A stretch of DNA of 64,000 nucleotides from Pseudomonadota bacterium (GCA_021798915.1 JAJZBM010000010.1:1624-65623); one strand, 5' to 3'. Numbered from the stretch's first letter, positions 51,452-61,753 are shown. The notes: generated from the sequence alone by a model not told the origin. Made by a program: numbers and translations.

Positions 51452-52396
51452 CTATTCCGCCGCCACGCGCTCCGGCGCCGTGGCCATGCCCCGGCGCCGG
51501 GCCTGTGCCGCGACGAGGCGCGCCATGCGGCGGAGATCGCTCTCCATCAGACGTAGCGCCGCATCGACCCAGAGATCGGTGATGTCGCTCAATTCCTCGA
51601 ACGTCACCGGATTGACCCGCCGGCGGGCTTGGCATAGCGCGTAATGCATGTTGTGGCGGCGCTGGTCGTTGGTGATGTAATCACGCACCGCCTCTTCCCC
51701 GAATCCATCCTCGGCGATGGCATCGACGATGCCCATCGCGTGCATCTCCTCGGCGGTATAGACGCGCCCGGAGAGAATCATCTTCTCTGCCCGCGCCGCA
51801 TCCAGCCGGCGCGAGAGGAAGCTCATCGCGCCCATGCCGGGGAAGAGATTGAACAGCACTTCCGGCAGGCCGAAGCGGGCGCTCCGTTCCGCGATGATCA
51901 CATCCGCCGACAGCGCCGCCTCGAACCCACCACCGAGCGCCTCGCCCTGAACCATGCTGATGGTGATCAGCGGCAGGTGGAACGCCACATGGATGTTATA
52001 GGCGACTTCGATGCAAAGCTGGGCATAGGCGCGCAGCCCCTGGCGATCCTTGGTCCGGATCGCGTTCATGAACAGGGTGAGGTCGCCGCCGAGATTGAAG
52101 ACGCCGGGAATGCGCGAGCCGCTGACGTAATAGCGCAGCGGCGCCTGCCCCGCTTCCTGCCGCGCCGCCTGGAGACCCGGCAGCGCCGCTTGCATCGTCG
52201 CGACGTCATGGAGCAGCGCGGATGAAAAATGCGGGCTGGCATCGGCGCGGATGAAGCACCACAGCGTGGCGTTGGCTTCGTCGATCTCCTGATCGAGCTG
52301 GGTCAGCTTGGTGACCGCGCCGCTCTCGATGCCAGCCGAGGAACGGGCATCGTCGGAGAAAGCACGGATGAAGGCGGATTTGGGCTGGAAGGTCAT
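51452..52396 (-). CDS. rpfF: RpfF-like DSF-family signal synthase (crotonase superfamily, dehydratase/thioesterase type)
   Basis: 314 aa. FNLGGDLTLFMNAIR..DR..L..YA..C, MVQGEALGGGFEAALSADVIIAERSARFGLPEVLFNLFPGMGAMSF and the C-terminal ELSDITDLWVDAALRL.ESDLRRMARLVAAQARR match RpfF/Bcam0581-type proteins as I remember them, including both catalytic Glu contexts. AGGAG sits 8 nt before the ATG. Confidence 0.75.
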   Translation of the reverse strand: MTFQPKSAFIRAFSDDARSSAGIESGAVTKLTQLDQEIDEANATLWCFIRADASPHFSSALLHDVATMQAALPGLQAARQEAGQAPLRYYVSGSRIPGVFNLGGDLTLFMNAIRTKDRQGLRAYAQLCIEVAYNIHVAFHLPLITISMVQGEALGGGFEAALSADVIIAERSARFGLPEVLFNLFPGMGAMSFLSRRLDAARAEKMILSGRVYTAEEMHAMGIVDAIAEDGFGEEAVRDYITNDQRRHNMHYALCQARRRVNPVTFEELSDITDLWVDAALRLMESDLRRMARLVAAQARRRGMATAPERVAAE

Positions 52397-52682
52397 GGTC
52401 GCAACTCCTGATGGGTCCGGGGAATGCCGCGTTTTGGCGTCAGAACAACCCGCCTGCAGCTCTTTGGCGGCGATGTTCCTATTTTGACGCGGTTAACCGG
52501 TCCGTTACCAGAACTTTAAACTATGGGCTCAAAAAAATTTTATCTTACATCTACGATCCGCGATCATGTCGCCACGTAATTCGTCTTAATTGACGAGATT
52601 CGGGATCGTACACGCAAAAAAGCCGACCCGCCGATCGCTCGCCAGACATCGCAGCGCAAATGCCGCGCCGCTCCGCCCGCCG

Positions 52683-53606
52683 TCACTGCTTCCGCGGCGC
52701 TGCCATCCGCGCCGAAGCGGCGGCAATGGTCTCCGGCGACCAGCGCCGATGCAGCCACAGCCAGGCACCGGGATTGGCGAGGATCCAGGCGCCGAATTGG
52801 GCATTGATCGCGCTGGTCAGGGTGCGGATATCGGCCGCACGGTCGCCGGAATCGGGCAGGTCGAGCGGCGCCTCGACGATCAGGCGAAGCCGTGCCGGCG
52901 CCACGCGTTCGATGCGGCCGGGAATGACCGGATAGCGGTAGCGAAGCGCGAAAGCGGCGGCGGCGGGCGCGGTCATCGCCGGCAGACCGAGGAACGGCAC
53001 CGCGATGCCGTCATTGAGTTTCTGATCGAGCAGCATCCCGATCGCGCCGCCATCGGCGAGATGCAGGACGGCGCCGCGCCCCCCGGCCGCCCCCTTGGGA
53101 AACATCGGCACCACGCATCGCAACGCGGCGAGGCGGAGAGACTGGATGAGCGCGTCCACCCTGGTATTCCGCGCCGGGCGATAAAACGACGAGAACACAT
53201 GGCCGCAGCGGGCGACGATCACCGGCAGCGCTTCCCAATTGCCGTAATGCGCGGAGACATAAATCGCCGGCCCGGCGCGAAGATGCTCGGCCCCTTCGAT
53301 CACGAATCCCGGCCCCTCGGCGGTGATTTCGAGGGCGGCGAGATGCGGCAATTCGCCGACCGTGCGGCCGAGATTCTCCCAGACATCGCGGACCAGGCGC
53401 CGGCGTTCGGCGCGGCTCAAGCCCGGCATCACGGCACGGAGATTGCGCTCGGCGACACGCGAGACCGGAAGCAGCGGCCCGAACAGACGCGCCAATCGTC
53501 CGGCGAAATTGCTCGCCGTGACCGGCCGCAGATACCGAAACAACGCAAGCAGCAGGCGGACCCCGGTATATTCAAGAAAATCCAGTAACCTCATCGACCC
53601 AGCCAA
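52683..53606 (-). CDS. LpxL/HtrB-family (lipid A late / lysophospholipid) acyltransferase
   Basis: 307 aa with an N-terminal membrane anchor, RNL...P and the catalytic-region HYGNWE motif (VSAHYGNWEAL). Confidence 0.75.
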   Translation of the reverse strand: MAGSMRLLDFLEYTGVRLLLALFRYLRPVTASNFAGRLARLFGPLLPVSRVAERNLRAVMPGLSRAERRRLVRDVWENLGRTVGELPHLAALEITAEGPGFVIEGAEHLRAGPAIYVSAHYGNWEALPVIVARCGHVFSSFYRPARNTRVDALIQSLRLAALRCVVPMFPKGAAGGRGAVLHLADGGAIGMLLDQKLNDGIAVPFLGLPAMTAPAAAAFALRYRYPVIPGRIERVAPARLRLIVEAPLDLPDSGDRAADIRTLTSAINAQFGAWILANPGAWLWLHRRWSPETIAAASARMAAPRKQ

Positions 53607-53641
53607 GAACCATCACATATCAGGCGCGGCCCGCCGGCAGC

Positions 53642-55045
53642 TCAGTTCCAGCCGCGGGCGAGGCGCCGCACCGAGGTCGAGGCATTGCGCTTGCCCTCCC
53701 CGGCGTAATCCTCGTGATAGGCTTCGATCTTGGCAGGATCGTAGAGATAATTGACCATCAGCGTGGCACTTTCCTTGATGCCCCGCTCCGAGACGTCGCC
53801 GAGCATGTTGATGCGTTCGACGCGGGCGCCATTGGAGAGGTGGAAATGGGCCACCGGATCGAGCGCCCGGCGGGGCAGGCGCGGATTGCTCTCGAGCAGC
53901 AGATAGCGCCCGCAAAGCCGGGTCAACACCGGCTCCAGGGCTTTGGTTACCACCGGATCGCGCTGCCAGCCGCGCCGTTTGAGGGCCGCCGCCAGAGCCG
54001 CCGGAGCGGTTTTCTCGCCCGGCAGCGCTTTGAGCAGATTGGCCGCTTCCTCCTCCGGCAAAAGTGACCCTGCCTCGGGATCGGCAAGCCTGGCATCGAG
54101 CCAGCGACGGAACCCCGGAATTGGAGAAAGCGTCGAGAATGTTTTGATATTTCGAAATTCCTGCGATAAAACCTGGACCACCTGCTTGATCAGGAAATTG
54201 CCGAAACTAATGCCGGCGAGGCCGCGCTGGCAGTTGCTGATCGAATAGAAAATCGCCGTATCCGCAGCCTGAGGATCGGCGCCGGGAGATTTCGGGTCGA
54301 GCAGAATCTGGACATTGCTGGCGAGACCGCTGACTAGAGCGACCTCGACGAAAATCAGCGGCTCCAGCGTCATGCGTGGATGAAAGAAGGCATAGCAGCG
54401 GCGGTCGGAATCGAGCCGGTTCTTGAGATCGCGCCAGGAGCGGATCTCGTGCACCGCCTCGTACCCCGCGAGGCGTTCGAGCAGCAGCGCGGGGCTACTC
54501 CAGTCGATGCGCTGCAATTCCAGAAAAGCAAGATCGAACCAATGTTCGAGCAAATGCTTGAGATCGGTCTCGAGCCCGGCGAGATGCGGGTCGGCGCGGC
54601 CGAGATCGAGGAGCGAGGCACGGAGATCGACGAGAAATTTCATTCCGTCCGGAATGCTCGCGAACTGGGCCAGCAGCCGCGCGCGCGGCGGCTCCAGCGC
54701 CTGGCGGAGATCGGCCCGGGCGCTGACCAGCGCTGCCGGATCGGCAGCGCCGCGCACCCGTTCATAGGCTTTGGCGAGCGCGCCGGAATCGACATCGAAG
54801 CCGGCCAGGGTGCGAAGAAACTCGCGCCGACCGGCGTCATCGAGCAGCAGATAGGTTTGCGCGAGCTTGGCCGCGCGGTTGCGCGCGCTGACCTCGCCGC
54901 CGCGCCCGGTGAGACAGGCCCGCATCTGGCCGGCGATGCTGTCATCCGCCTCGCGCCCGACGCTCGCCCCCATCTCGCGCCAGACATTGGCGATACGCCG
55001 GAGGGCGCGGTCGAACAGCCCAGCCGGGGCGGCGATTTCACTCAT
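53642..55045 (-). CDS. Malonyl-CoA decarboxylase
   Basis: YAFFHPRMTLEPLIFVEVAL, FYSISNCQRGLAGISFGNFLIKQVV, FSTLSPIPGFRRWL and HFHLSNGA match the family. Start at Met37 (MSEIAAP). Confidence 0.85.
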   Translation of the reverse strand: MSEIAAPAGLFDRALRRIANVWREMGASVGREADDSIAGQMRACLTGRGGEVSARNRAAKLAQTYLLLDDAGRREFLRTLAGFDVDSGALAKAYERVRGAADPAALVSARADLRQALEPPRARLLAQFASIPDGMKFLVDLRASLLDLGRADPHLAGLETDLKHLLEHWFDLAFLELQRIDWSSPALLLERLAGYEAVHEIRSWRDLKNRLDSDRRCYAFFHPRMTLEPLIFVEVALVSGLASNVQILLDPKSPGADPQAADTAIFYSISNCQRGLAGISFGNFLIKQVVQVLSQEFRNIKTFSTLSPIPGFRRWLDARLADPEAGSLLPEEEAANLLKALPGEKTAPAALAAALKRRGWQRDPVVTKALEPVLTRLCGRYLLLESNPRLPRRALDPVAHFHLSNGARVERINMLGDVSERGIKESATLMVNYLYDPAKIEAYHEDYAGEGKRNASTSVRRLARGWN

Positions 55046-55109
55046 CGCATGCTCCCTCTCACAGGCTGATCCATCCAAAGCTGGTTCCGCGACATCGGTG
55101 ATCCTCCGG

Positions 55110-56597
55110 CTAAGTGTTTTTATCATAATGCCTGCCGCCGCCAAGCGACACATCCGCGTCAGCCCCGGCGGGCGGGCGCTCGCGCGATTCTGCCTCCGCG
55201 AGCGCCGGCGCGATCGTCGCCAGCAGATCTTCTGCGATCAGCCCCGGCCCGGCCAGCGCGCCGGCGCGGCCATGGAGCCAAACCGCCGCGAGCGCCGCCT
55301 CGAACGCCGCCAGTCCCTGTGCGAGAAGCCCGCCGATCATCCCCGCCAGCACATCGCCGCTGCCGGCGGTCGCCAGCGCCGGCGGGGCGGAGGCATTGAT
55401 CGCCGCCCGCCCGTCCGGCGCCGCGATGATGGTGGCGGCACCTTTGAGCACGACGACGGCGCCACTCAGACACGCCGCCCCGCGCGCCGCGGCGAGCCGG
55501 TCCTCGCCGATCGCGCCGAAAACGCGGGTGAACTCCCCGTCATGCGGGGTGAGCACGGCGGCGCCGCGCAGCGTCTCCGGCCTGCCGGCGCAGGCGGTCA
55601 GGGCATCGGCGTCGGCAACCACGCATCGCCCGGCGCGCAGCACTGCCGGAAGCCGCGCTTGCGCCATCGCGACTCCGAGCCCGGGGCCGCAGACGACGGC
55701 ATCGGCACGAAGTTCGGCGAGTGGCGCGTGGCGAACGATCAAGCCCGGCGGCGCCTGGCTGAGCGGCGCGAGGGACTGGATGGAGACCAGCCCGGCGCCG
55801 ATCCGCCGCGCGGCATGGGCGGCGAGCAAAGCGGCGCCGGTCATTTCGCCGGCCAGAACGGCAACGCTGCCGCGACGATATTTGTGATCCGCTGCCATCG
55901 CCCGCCGCAGCCGCCAGAGGGCGGGCTGATTGAGCAGCGCACTCACGCCGATCGCGCCAAGCACCGAAGCCGGCAGGCCGATATCGGCGAGCATGATCTC
56001 GCCGCACAACGCACGCCCGGGCAGCAGGAGATGGCCGGGTTTCAAGCGAAAGAAGGTGACGGTGAACGCCGCCGACGAAACCGCGCCGCGCGCCGCCCCG
56101 GTCGCCCCGTCGAGCCCGCTCGGCACATCGACGGCGACGATGCGCCGGGCCGCAGCCAAGGTCGCGGCGATGGGCGCGGCGAGCGGGCGCGAGAGGCCGG
56201 CGCCGAACACCGCGTCGATCACGTAATCGGCCGACGCGGCCGCTTCCGGCGTGAACGGCGCCATCGGGCCGGACCAGCGCGCCGCGGCGAGCGCGGCATC
56301 GCCGTCCGCACGCGGCGGCGCGAGGGCGGCCAATCGCACCGGCCAGCCGGCCTGCTGCAACAACCGTGCGGCGACATAGCCATCCCCGCCGTTATTGCCG
56401 GGGCCGGCGAGAACCAGCACCCGTCCGGGGGCAAGACGCCGCCGCATCGCACGCGCAACCGCCCTTCCCGCCGCTTCCATCAGCGCAAGCCCGGACACGC
56501 CGGCGGCGATCGCTGCCCGATCGGCGCGCGCCATCGAAGCCGGGTCGAGCAATTCCGGCGGCGGCAAATGGCGGGGAAGCGCGCGGGCATCGAGCAT
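55110..56597 (-). CDS. nnr: Bifunctional NAD(P)H-hydrate repair enzyme Nnr (epimerase plus ADP-dependent dehydratase)
   Basis: LMEAAGRAV, VLAGPGNNGGDGYVAARLL and DADAL...TPH.GEF...GSGDVLAG match Nnr. Start at Met9. Confidence 0.85.
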   Translation of the reverse strand: MLDARALPRHLPPPELLDPASMARADRAAIAAGVSGLALMEAAGRAVARAMRRRLAPGRVLVLAGPGNNGGDGYVAARLLQQAGWPVRLAALAPPRADGDAALAAARWSGPMAPFTPEAAASADYVIDAVFGAGLSRPLAAPIAATLAAARRIVAVDVPSGLDGATGAARGAVSSAAFTVTFFRLKPGHLLLPGRALCGEIMLADIGLPASVLGAIGVSALLNQPALWRLRRAMAADHKYRRGSVAVLAGEMTGAALLAAHAARRIGAGLVSIQSLAPLSQAPPGLIVRHAPLAELRADAVVCGPGLGVAMAQARLPAVLRAGRCVVADADALTACAGRPETLRGAAVLTPHDGEFTRVFGAIGEDRLAAARGAACLSGAVVVLKGAATIIAAPDGRAAINASAPPALATAGSGDVLAGMIGGLLAQGLAAFEAALAAVWLHGRAGALAGPGLIAEDLLATIAPALAEAESRERPPAGADADVSLGGGRHYDKNT

Positions 56598-56714
56598 GGC
56601 GCCATCTTGGCACCGCCGCACCGGCCGGGGGAGACGATTTGCCGATGTCTGCCATGATCAATGCGCGGATAGCCGCCTCCGCCGCGCAACGATGGCCGCA
56701 AACGGGAGACGGAT

Positions 56715-56800
56715 TGGTGCGGGCGGTCGGACTCGAACCGACATATCCGTAAGGACGGCGGATTTTGAGTCCGCTGCGTCTACCGTTCCGCCACGCCCGC
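56715..56800 (-). tRNA. tRNA-Leu (anticodon CAA), long variable arm, CCA encoded
   Basis: The reverse complement is GCGGGCGTGGCGGAACGGTAGACGCAGCGGACTCAAAATCCGCCGTCCTTACGGATATGTCGGTTCGAGTCCGACCGCCCGCACCA. Confidence 0.9.
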
Positions 56801-56926
56801 AAACCAGACAGACGGCCGCGAAGATACACCATCCGCAACGCAGCGCCAGGGGGCACGATCGCTCCGCGGCGGCCCATAAAAGGGGGTTTGCACCCGCCCT
56901 CCCCTCGGCTATAGGAACCGGGCCGT

Positions 56927-57002
56927 TCCCGGATAGCTCAGTCGGTAGAGCAAGCGGCTGTTAACCGCTGGGTCGTAGGTTCGAGTCCTACTCCGGGAGC
57001 CA
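56927..57002 (+). tRNA. tRNA-Asn (anticodon GTT), CCA encoded
   Basis: TCCCGGATAGCTCAGTCGGTAGAGCAAGCGGCTGTTAACCGCTGGGTCGTAGGTTCGAGTCCTACTCCGGGAGCCA folds as a cloverleaf by eye. Confidence 0.9.
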
Positions 57003-57063
57003 ACTCTCTTCGCCGCAATCATCGCTTTCCCCGCGTGGCCGCCCGGCATCGTGGCGCCCCATC

Positions 57064-58545
57064 TCATTCGTCCTCGCCCCAATCCTCGTGCCAAGTGCGG
57101 CCGTCGCGTTCGATCAGGGCGATCGCCGCCGTCGGCCCCCAGCTTCCCGCGGCATAAGGGCGTGGCGCTTCGGTCGCGTCGGCCCAGGCGTCGATGATCG
57201 GACCGACCCATTGCCACGCCGCCTCGACCTCGTCGCGACGCATGAACAGGGTCGGGTTGCCGCGCACCGCATCCATCAGCAGACGCTCATAGGCTTCCGG
57301 ATAGCGGGTGTTGAACGCCTTCTGAAAGCTGATATCGAGTCGCGCCGGGCGCAGCCGCAACCCACCGGGGCCGGGATCCTTGCTCATCAGTTTGAGCAAC
57401 ATCCCCTCATCGGGCTGCAGGCGAATGACCAGCTTATTGGGCTCCAGCTCGGAAGCACCGGGCGGAAAAATGGACAGCGGCACGGCGCGGAACTGCACGA
57501 CCACTTCCGATACTTTCTGCGGCAGGCGCTTGCCGGTGCGGAGATAGAATGGCACCCCGGCCCAGCGCCAGGCCCGCATCTCGGCTTTCAGCGCAACGAA
57601 GGTTTCGGTCTGGCTCGCCTGGCCCAATTCGGTCGTGTAGCCGGGCACCGGTTTGCCGTCACTGACACCATGGACATATTGGCCGCGCACGGTGTGGGTT
57701 GCGATCTCATGCGCTGAAATCGGCCGCAAGCCGCGCAGGACCTTGAGCTTTTCATCGCGCACCGCGTCCGGGTCGAGCGACACCGGCGGCTCCATGGCCA
57801 GGAGACACAGTAATTGCAGCAAATGATTCTGCACCATGTCGCGCAAGGCGCCGGCCTTGTCGTAATACCCGGCGCGTCCCTCGACGCCGACCGTCTCGGC
57901 AACCGTGATCTGCACATGGTCAATGACATCGGCGTTCCATAAACGCTCGAAAATGGCATTGGCGAAGCGCAGCGCCATCAGGTTCTGCACCGTTTCCTTG
58001 CCGAGAAAATGATCGATCCGATAGATCTGGCTTTCTTCGAAAATATGTCCGACCTCGTCATTGATGGCCCGCGCCGAGGCGAGGTCGTGGCCGATCGGCT
58101 TTTCCAGAACGACGCGTGACGCCGGCGTGACGAGGTGGTTGGTATCGAGATTGCGGCAGATCGGGCCGTAGAGATCGGGCGCCGTCGCCAGATAGAAGAC
58201 CCGGATGCGTTCGGGTTCGGACGCGAGAAGCTTGACCAGCCCCTGCCAGCCTTCGCCGCTGACGCCGTCGAGCATGGTGTAATGCACGGCTTCACAAAAC
58301 CGTCTCGCCAGCGACTCGTCGAAATCGCTGGCCGCGATGTGATCGTGGAGACCCTGCATCACCCGCGCGCGATACTCGTCGGTCGTCGTCTCGGTGCGGG
58401 CGGCGGCGATGATGCGGCTTTCGGGCGGCATCTGGCCATCACGAAACCGCGAGTAGAGCGATGGCATCAGCTTGCGCAGTGTCAGATCGCCGGTTGCGCC
58501 AAAGACCACGGCGTCGAAAATCTGCACTGGAATGATTTGCGCCAT
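57064..58545 (-). CDS. zwf: Glucose-6-phosphate 1-dehydrogenase
   Basis: 493 aa with [12 protein letters not shown], the [10 protein letters not shown] active-site motif, and [19 protein letters not shown]. Confidence 0.95.
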   Translation of the reverse strand: MAQIIPVQIFDAVVFGATGDLTLRKLMPSLYSRFRDGQMPPESRIIAAARTETTTDEYRARVMQGLHDHIAASDFDESLARRFCEAVHYTMLDGVSGEGWQGLVKLLASEPERIRVFYLATAPDLYGPICRNLDTNHLVTPASRVVLEKPIGHDLASARAINDEVGHIFEESQIYRIDHFLGKETVQNLMALRFANAIFERLWNADVIDHVQITVAETVGVEGRAGYYDKAGALRDMVQNHLLQLLCLLAMEPPVSLDPDAVRDEKLKVLRGLRPISAHEIATHTVRGQYVHGVSDGKPVPGYTTELGQASQTETFVALKAEMRAWRWAGVPFYLRTGKRLPQKVSEVVVQFRAVPLSIFPPGASELEPNKLVIRLQPDEGMLLKLMSKDPGPGGLRLRPARLDISFQKAFNTRYPEAYERLLMDAVRGNPTLFMRRDEVEAAWQWVGPIIDAWADATEAPRPYAAGSWGPTAAIALIERDGRTWHEDWGEDE

Positions 58546-59006
58546 TCTATTTCTCCCGCGTGTTATCGGTTGTCATGCCCGTCAGGGTGGCCGCAGACGC
58601 GCGCGGAGGCAACATCAAGCTCTTGTGTACGCCGACGGATACGCAGCGTGCGCGGGCATGGACTGCCAAGCACTATATTGCAGTGCAGCAATTTTATTGC
58701 GCCGCACAATGCGCCCCCGCATAAAAAATGCTTGATCCGGCGTTTAGACGACGAAAAGACGTGACGAGAAGGTCACAAGCAAGTTAAAACCGAGAAAGGC
58801 CCGCGGCGCGAGCCACGGGCCAAGTTTGGGGAGGAAACACCAGTCACACGGCAGGATGAGGACCAATCCTCTTCCTAGCCGTGATGATGGTCTCGCATCC
58901 GTGATCTGTCCACAGAATTCCATGGCATGTGCGCGGTTTTTTTCAGCGCTTTGACAAAATTTAGCTTGTTTTTAGAGCTATTGACTAAATTTTGCTCAGT
59001 AAATGC

Positions 59007-59267
59007 CTAATGATCAGGCATAGCGAGAATGCCATGGCGGAAGCTCAGCCAGTCACTCTCGATCACCGCGACCGCGCCACCCCAAAGCATCGTCGCGATC
59101 ACCGTCGTCGCCAGAATTTTCCGGCCGAGATACGGCCTCTCCGGCGCGCCGCGCCAGCCGGTATGCGGATCGGGATCACCGCTCGCGCGCACCCCGAACG
59201 GCAGCACCGCGAACAGCGTTATCCACCAGATCAACACATAAAGCACCAAACCGGTGAACCAGCCCAT
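59007..59267 (-). CDS. DUF1467-family small membrane protein
   Basis: 86 aa with two TM segments. The pattern WWITLFAVLPFGVR...G....AP..P.L..K is recalled from alphaproteobacterial DUF1467. It has the conserved position downstream of RNase J. Confidence 0.7.
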   Translation of the reverse strand: MGWFTGLVLYVLIWWITLFAVLPFGVRASGDPDPHTGWRGAPERPYLGRKILATTVIATMLWGGAVAVIESDWLSFRHGILAMPDH

Positions 59268-59269
59268 GC

Positions 59270-60919
59270 TTACACCCGCAGCACATGAATTTCGACCGGC
59301 GGGCGCTTTTGCAGCCGCCGCCCGAGCACGCGCCGGAGCGCCGCACGCGCGGCATCGATCAGACCGGTCTCATCCTGGCGGAGAGCGGGCGGCAAATCGG
59401 CGAGCGTCGCCACGAATTCATCAGTCAGGGTCGCCATCTCCTGATCATCGGGCGCCAACAGGCCCGGCGCGCTGATTTGTGCCCGTCCCCGCAGACGCCC
59501 GGCCTGATCGACGGCGATACTCGCGACCACCACCCCCTCCCGCAGCATCTGCCGCCGCGCCGCCATGACCGCGCCGGCGAGCGGCACCAGCCGCTTGCCT
59601 TCGACCGCCAAACGCCCGACCGGGGCACTTTCGATCACCTCGGGCTCGCCGGGCGCGAGGCCAAGTACGTCGCCATCCTCGATCAGGATCGGCCGCGCGC
59701 CCATTTCCCGCGCGAGTTCGGCATGCGCCGTGAGATGCCGCCATTCACCATGCACCGGCACCGCGTAACGCGGCCGCACCAGCCGGTAGAGGCGACGCAA
59801 CTCGTCGCGCGCCGGGTGCCCCGAGACATGCACCATGTGGTCGGCCTCGGTCATCACCCGCACCCCGCGGCGGACGAGGTTATCCTGCACCAGCCCGATC
59901 GCCCGCTCGTTGCCGGGGATGACGCGGCTGGAAAACAGCACCGTGTCACTTTCGCCGAGCGCAATACGAGGATGCGTGTCGGCGGCGATCCGGGCCAGCG
60001 CCGAGCGCGCCTCGCCCTGGCTGCCGGTGACCAGGATGAGGAGATTATCGTCTGGAATCTCCTCCGCCGCGTCCTCGGGGAGAAACGGCGGCAGAGTCGC
60101 GAAATAGCCGGCCGCCCGCGCCGCGGCATCGAGATTGCGGAGCGAACGGCCGACCAGCGCGACGCTCCTGCCCGCCGCCCGCGCCGCCAGCGCGATGCTC
60201 TCGACACGCGCGACGTTGGAGGCAAAGCAGGTCACCGCGATCCGTCCCGTCATGTCGCGGATGAGGGCGGCGAGATTACGCCGGACATCGGCCTCCGAGC
60301 CGGAATGCCCCTCGACCATGGCGTTGGTCGAATCGCAAATCATCGCCAGCACGCCCCGCTCGCCGAGCGCGGCCAGCGCCGCCTCGTCGGTCGGCGGGCC
60401 GACCAGCGGCGTCGGATCGAGCTTCCAGTCCCCGGTGTGCAGGATCAGCCCGGCCGGCGTCTCGATGGCCAGAGCCTGCGCCTCGGGAATGGAATGCGCG
60501 ACCGGGATCAGGCGCAGGCGAAAGGGCGCGAGCGCGATCTCGCCGCCAGGCGGCACGATATGGAGCGTGACCTCGGCGAGAAGCTGCGCCTCGGCGAGTT
60601 TGCGGCGCAGCATGGCGGCGGCGAACGGGGTTGCGTAAACCGGACAGCGCAGCCGCGGCCATAAATGTGCCACCGCTCCGAGATGATCTTCATGCGCGTG
60701 GGTGATGACGAGGCCGAGCAGCGCTTCGCGGCGCGCGGCGATGAAGCCGGGATCGGGCACCAGGATCTCGGCTTCCGGCAACGCGGGGCCGGCGAAGCCG
60801 ATCCCGCAATCGACCGCGAGCCAGCGTTCCCGGCAGCGATAGAGATTGAAGTTCATACCGATCTCGCCCGTGCCGCCGAGCGGCAGGAAGGCGAGATCGT
60901 CAGAGGGGGACTCCGTCAC
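59270..60919 (-). CDS. rnj: Ribonuclease J (metallo-beta-lactamase/beta-CASP)
   Basis: 549 aa with the pattern GG.GEIGMN, ITHAHEDHLGA, DST and H.SGH. Confidence 0.9.
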   Translation of the reverse strand: MTESPSDDLAFLPLGGTGEIGMNFNLYRCRERWLAVDCGIGFAGPALPEAEILVPDPGFIAARREALLGLVITHAHEDHLGAVAHLWPRLRCPVYATPFAAAMLRRKLAEAQLLAEVTLHIVPPGGEIALAPFRLRLIPVAHSIPEAQALAIETPAGLILHTGDWKLDPTPLVGPPTDEAALAALGERGVLAMICDSTNAMVEGHSGSEADVRRNLAALIRDMTGRIAVTCFASNVARVESIALAARAAGRSVALVGRSLRNLDAAARAAGYFATLPPFLPEDAAEEIPDDNLLILVTGSQGEARSALARIAADTHPRIALGESDTVLFSSRVIPGNERAIGLVQDNLVRRGVRVMTEADHMVHVSGHPARDELRRLYRLVRPRYAVPVHGEWRHLTAHAELAREMGARPILIEDGDVLGLAPGEPEVIESAPVGRLAVEGKRLVPLAGAVMAARRQMLREGVVVASIAVDQAGRLRGRAQISAPGLLAPDDQEMATLTDEFVATLADLPPALRQDETGLIDAARAALRRVLGRRLQKRPPVEIHVLRV

Positions 60920-60952
60920 GAGATTTCGTTACACTCCTTGGTCATGTTTGCA

Positions 60953-61753
60953 TCAAATCGGGCGAGAGCGGTCCTGGTCCCAGGGGGGCGCCGGGTTGCG
61001 GGAGGCGAGCAGCCGCAGCCCTTCCAGGGTAAGATCGGGATCGATGCGGGTGATCACCTCCGTGCCCTCGGCGAGCAGCGGCGCGAGGCCGCCTGTCGCG
61101 ATGACCTTGAGCGTCACCTCGAGTTCGCTCTGGATACGCGCGACCAGCCCCTCCACCAATCCAACATAGCCCCAATAAATGCCTGACTGCATGGCGGGGA
61201 CGGTGGCCCGTCCGATCACCCCCTGCGGCCGGCCGATGCCGATGCGCGGCAGCCGCGCCGCCGCCTGATGCAGCGCCTCGATGGAGAGATTGATGCCAGG
61301 CGCGATCGCACCCCCGATATAGGCACCGTCGTGATCGACGACGTCGAAGGTGGTCGCGGTGCCGAAATCGATCACCACCAGCGGGCCCTGATAGCGCTGA
61401 TGCGCCGCCAATGCGTTGACCAACCGGTCCGCCCCGACCTCGGCCGGCTGATCGACGCGAATCTCAAATCCCCAATCGAGATGGGAACGGGCGATCAACG
61501 GCTCGACGCCGAACCAGTCGCGGCAGAGGCGGCGCAAATGATACAACGCCGCCGGCACCACCGTGCCGATCACCGCCGCCCCGATCGCCGCGCGATCGAG
61601 ACCGGTATGGCCGAGCAGCGCCAGTAGCCAGACCGCGTATTGGTCGGATGTATATTGCGGATCGGTTGCGATCCGCCACGTCCCGCGCCAACCGGTGCCG
61701 TCATGCACCGCGAACACGACATTGGTATTGCCGGCATCAATGACGAGCAGCAT
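60953..61753 (-). CDS. coaX: Type III pantothenate kinase
   Basis: [27 protein letters not shown] and GG.I.PG match CoaX. Confidence 0.9.
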   Translation of the reverse strand: MLLVIDAGNTNVVFAVHDGTGWRGTWRIATDPQYTSDQYAVWLLALLGHTGLDRAAIGAAVIGTVVPAALYHLRRLCRDWFGVEPLIARSHLDWGFEIRVDQPAEVGADRLVNALAAHQRYQGPLVVIDFGTATTFDVVDHDGAYIGGAIAPGINLSIEALHQAAARLPRIGIGRPQGVIGRATVPAMQSGIYWGYVGLVEGLVARIQSELEVTLKVIATGGLAPLLAEGTEVITRIDPDLTLEGLRLLASRNPAPPWDQDRSRPI

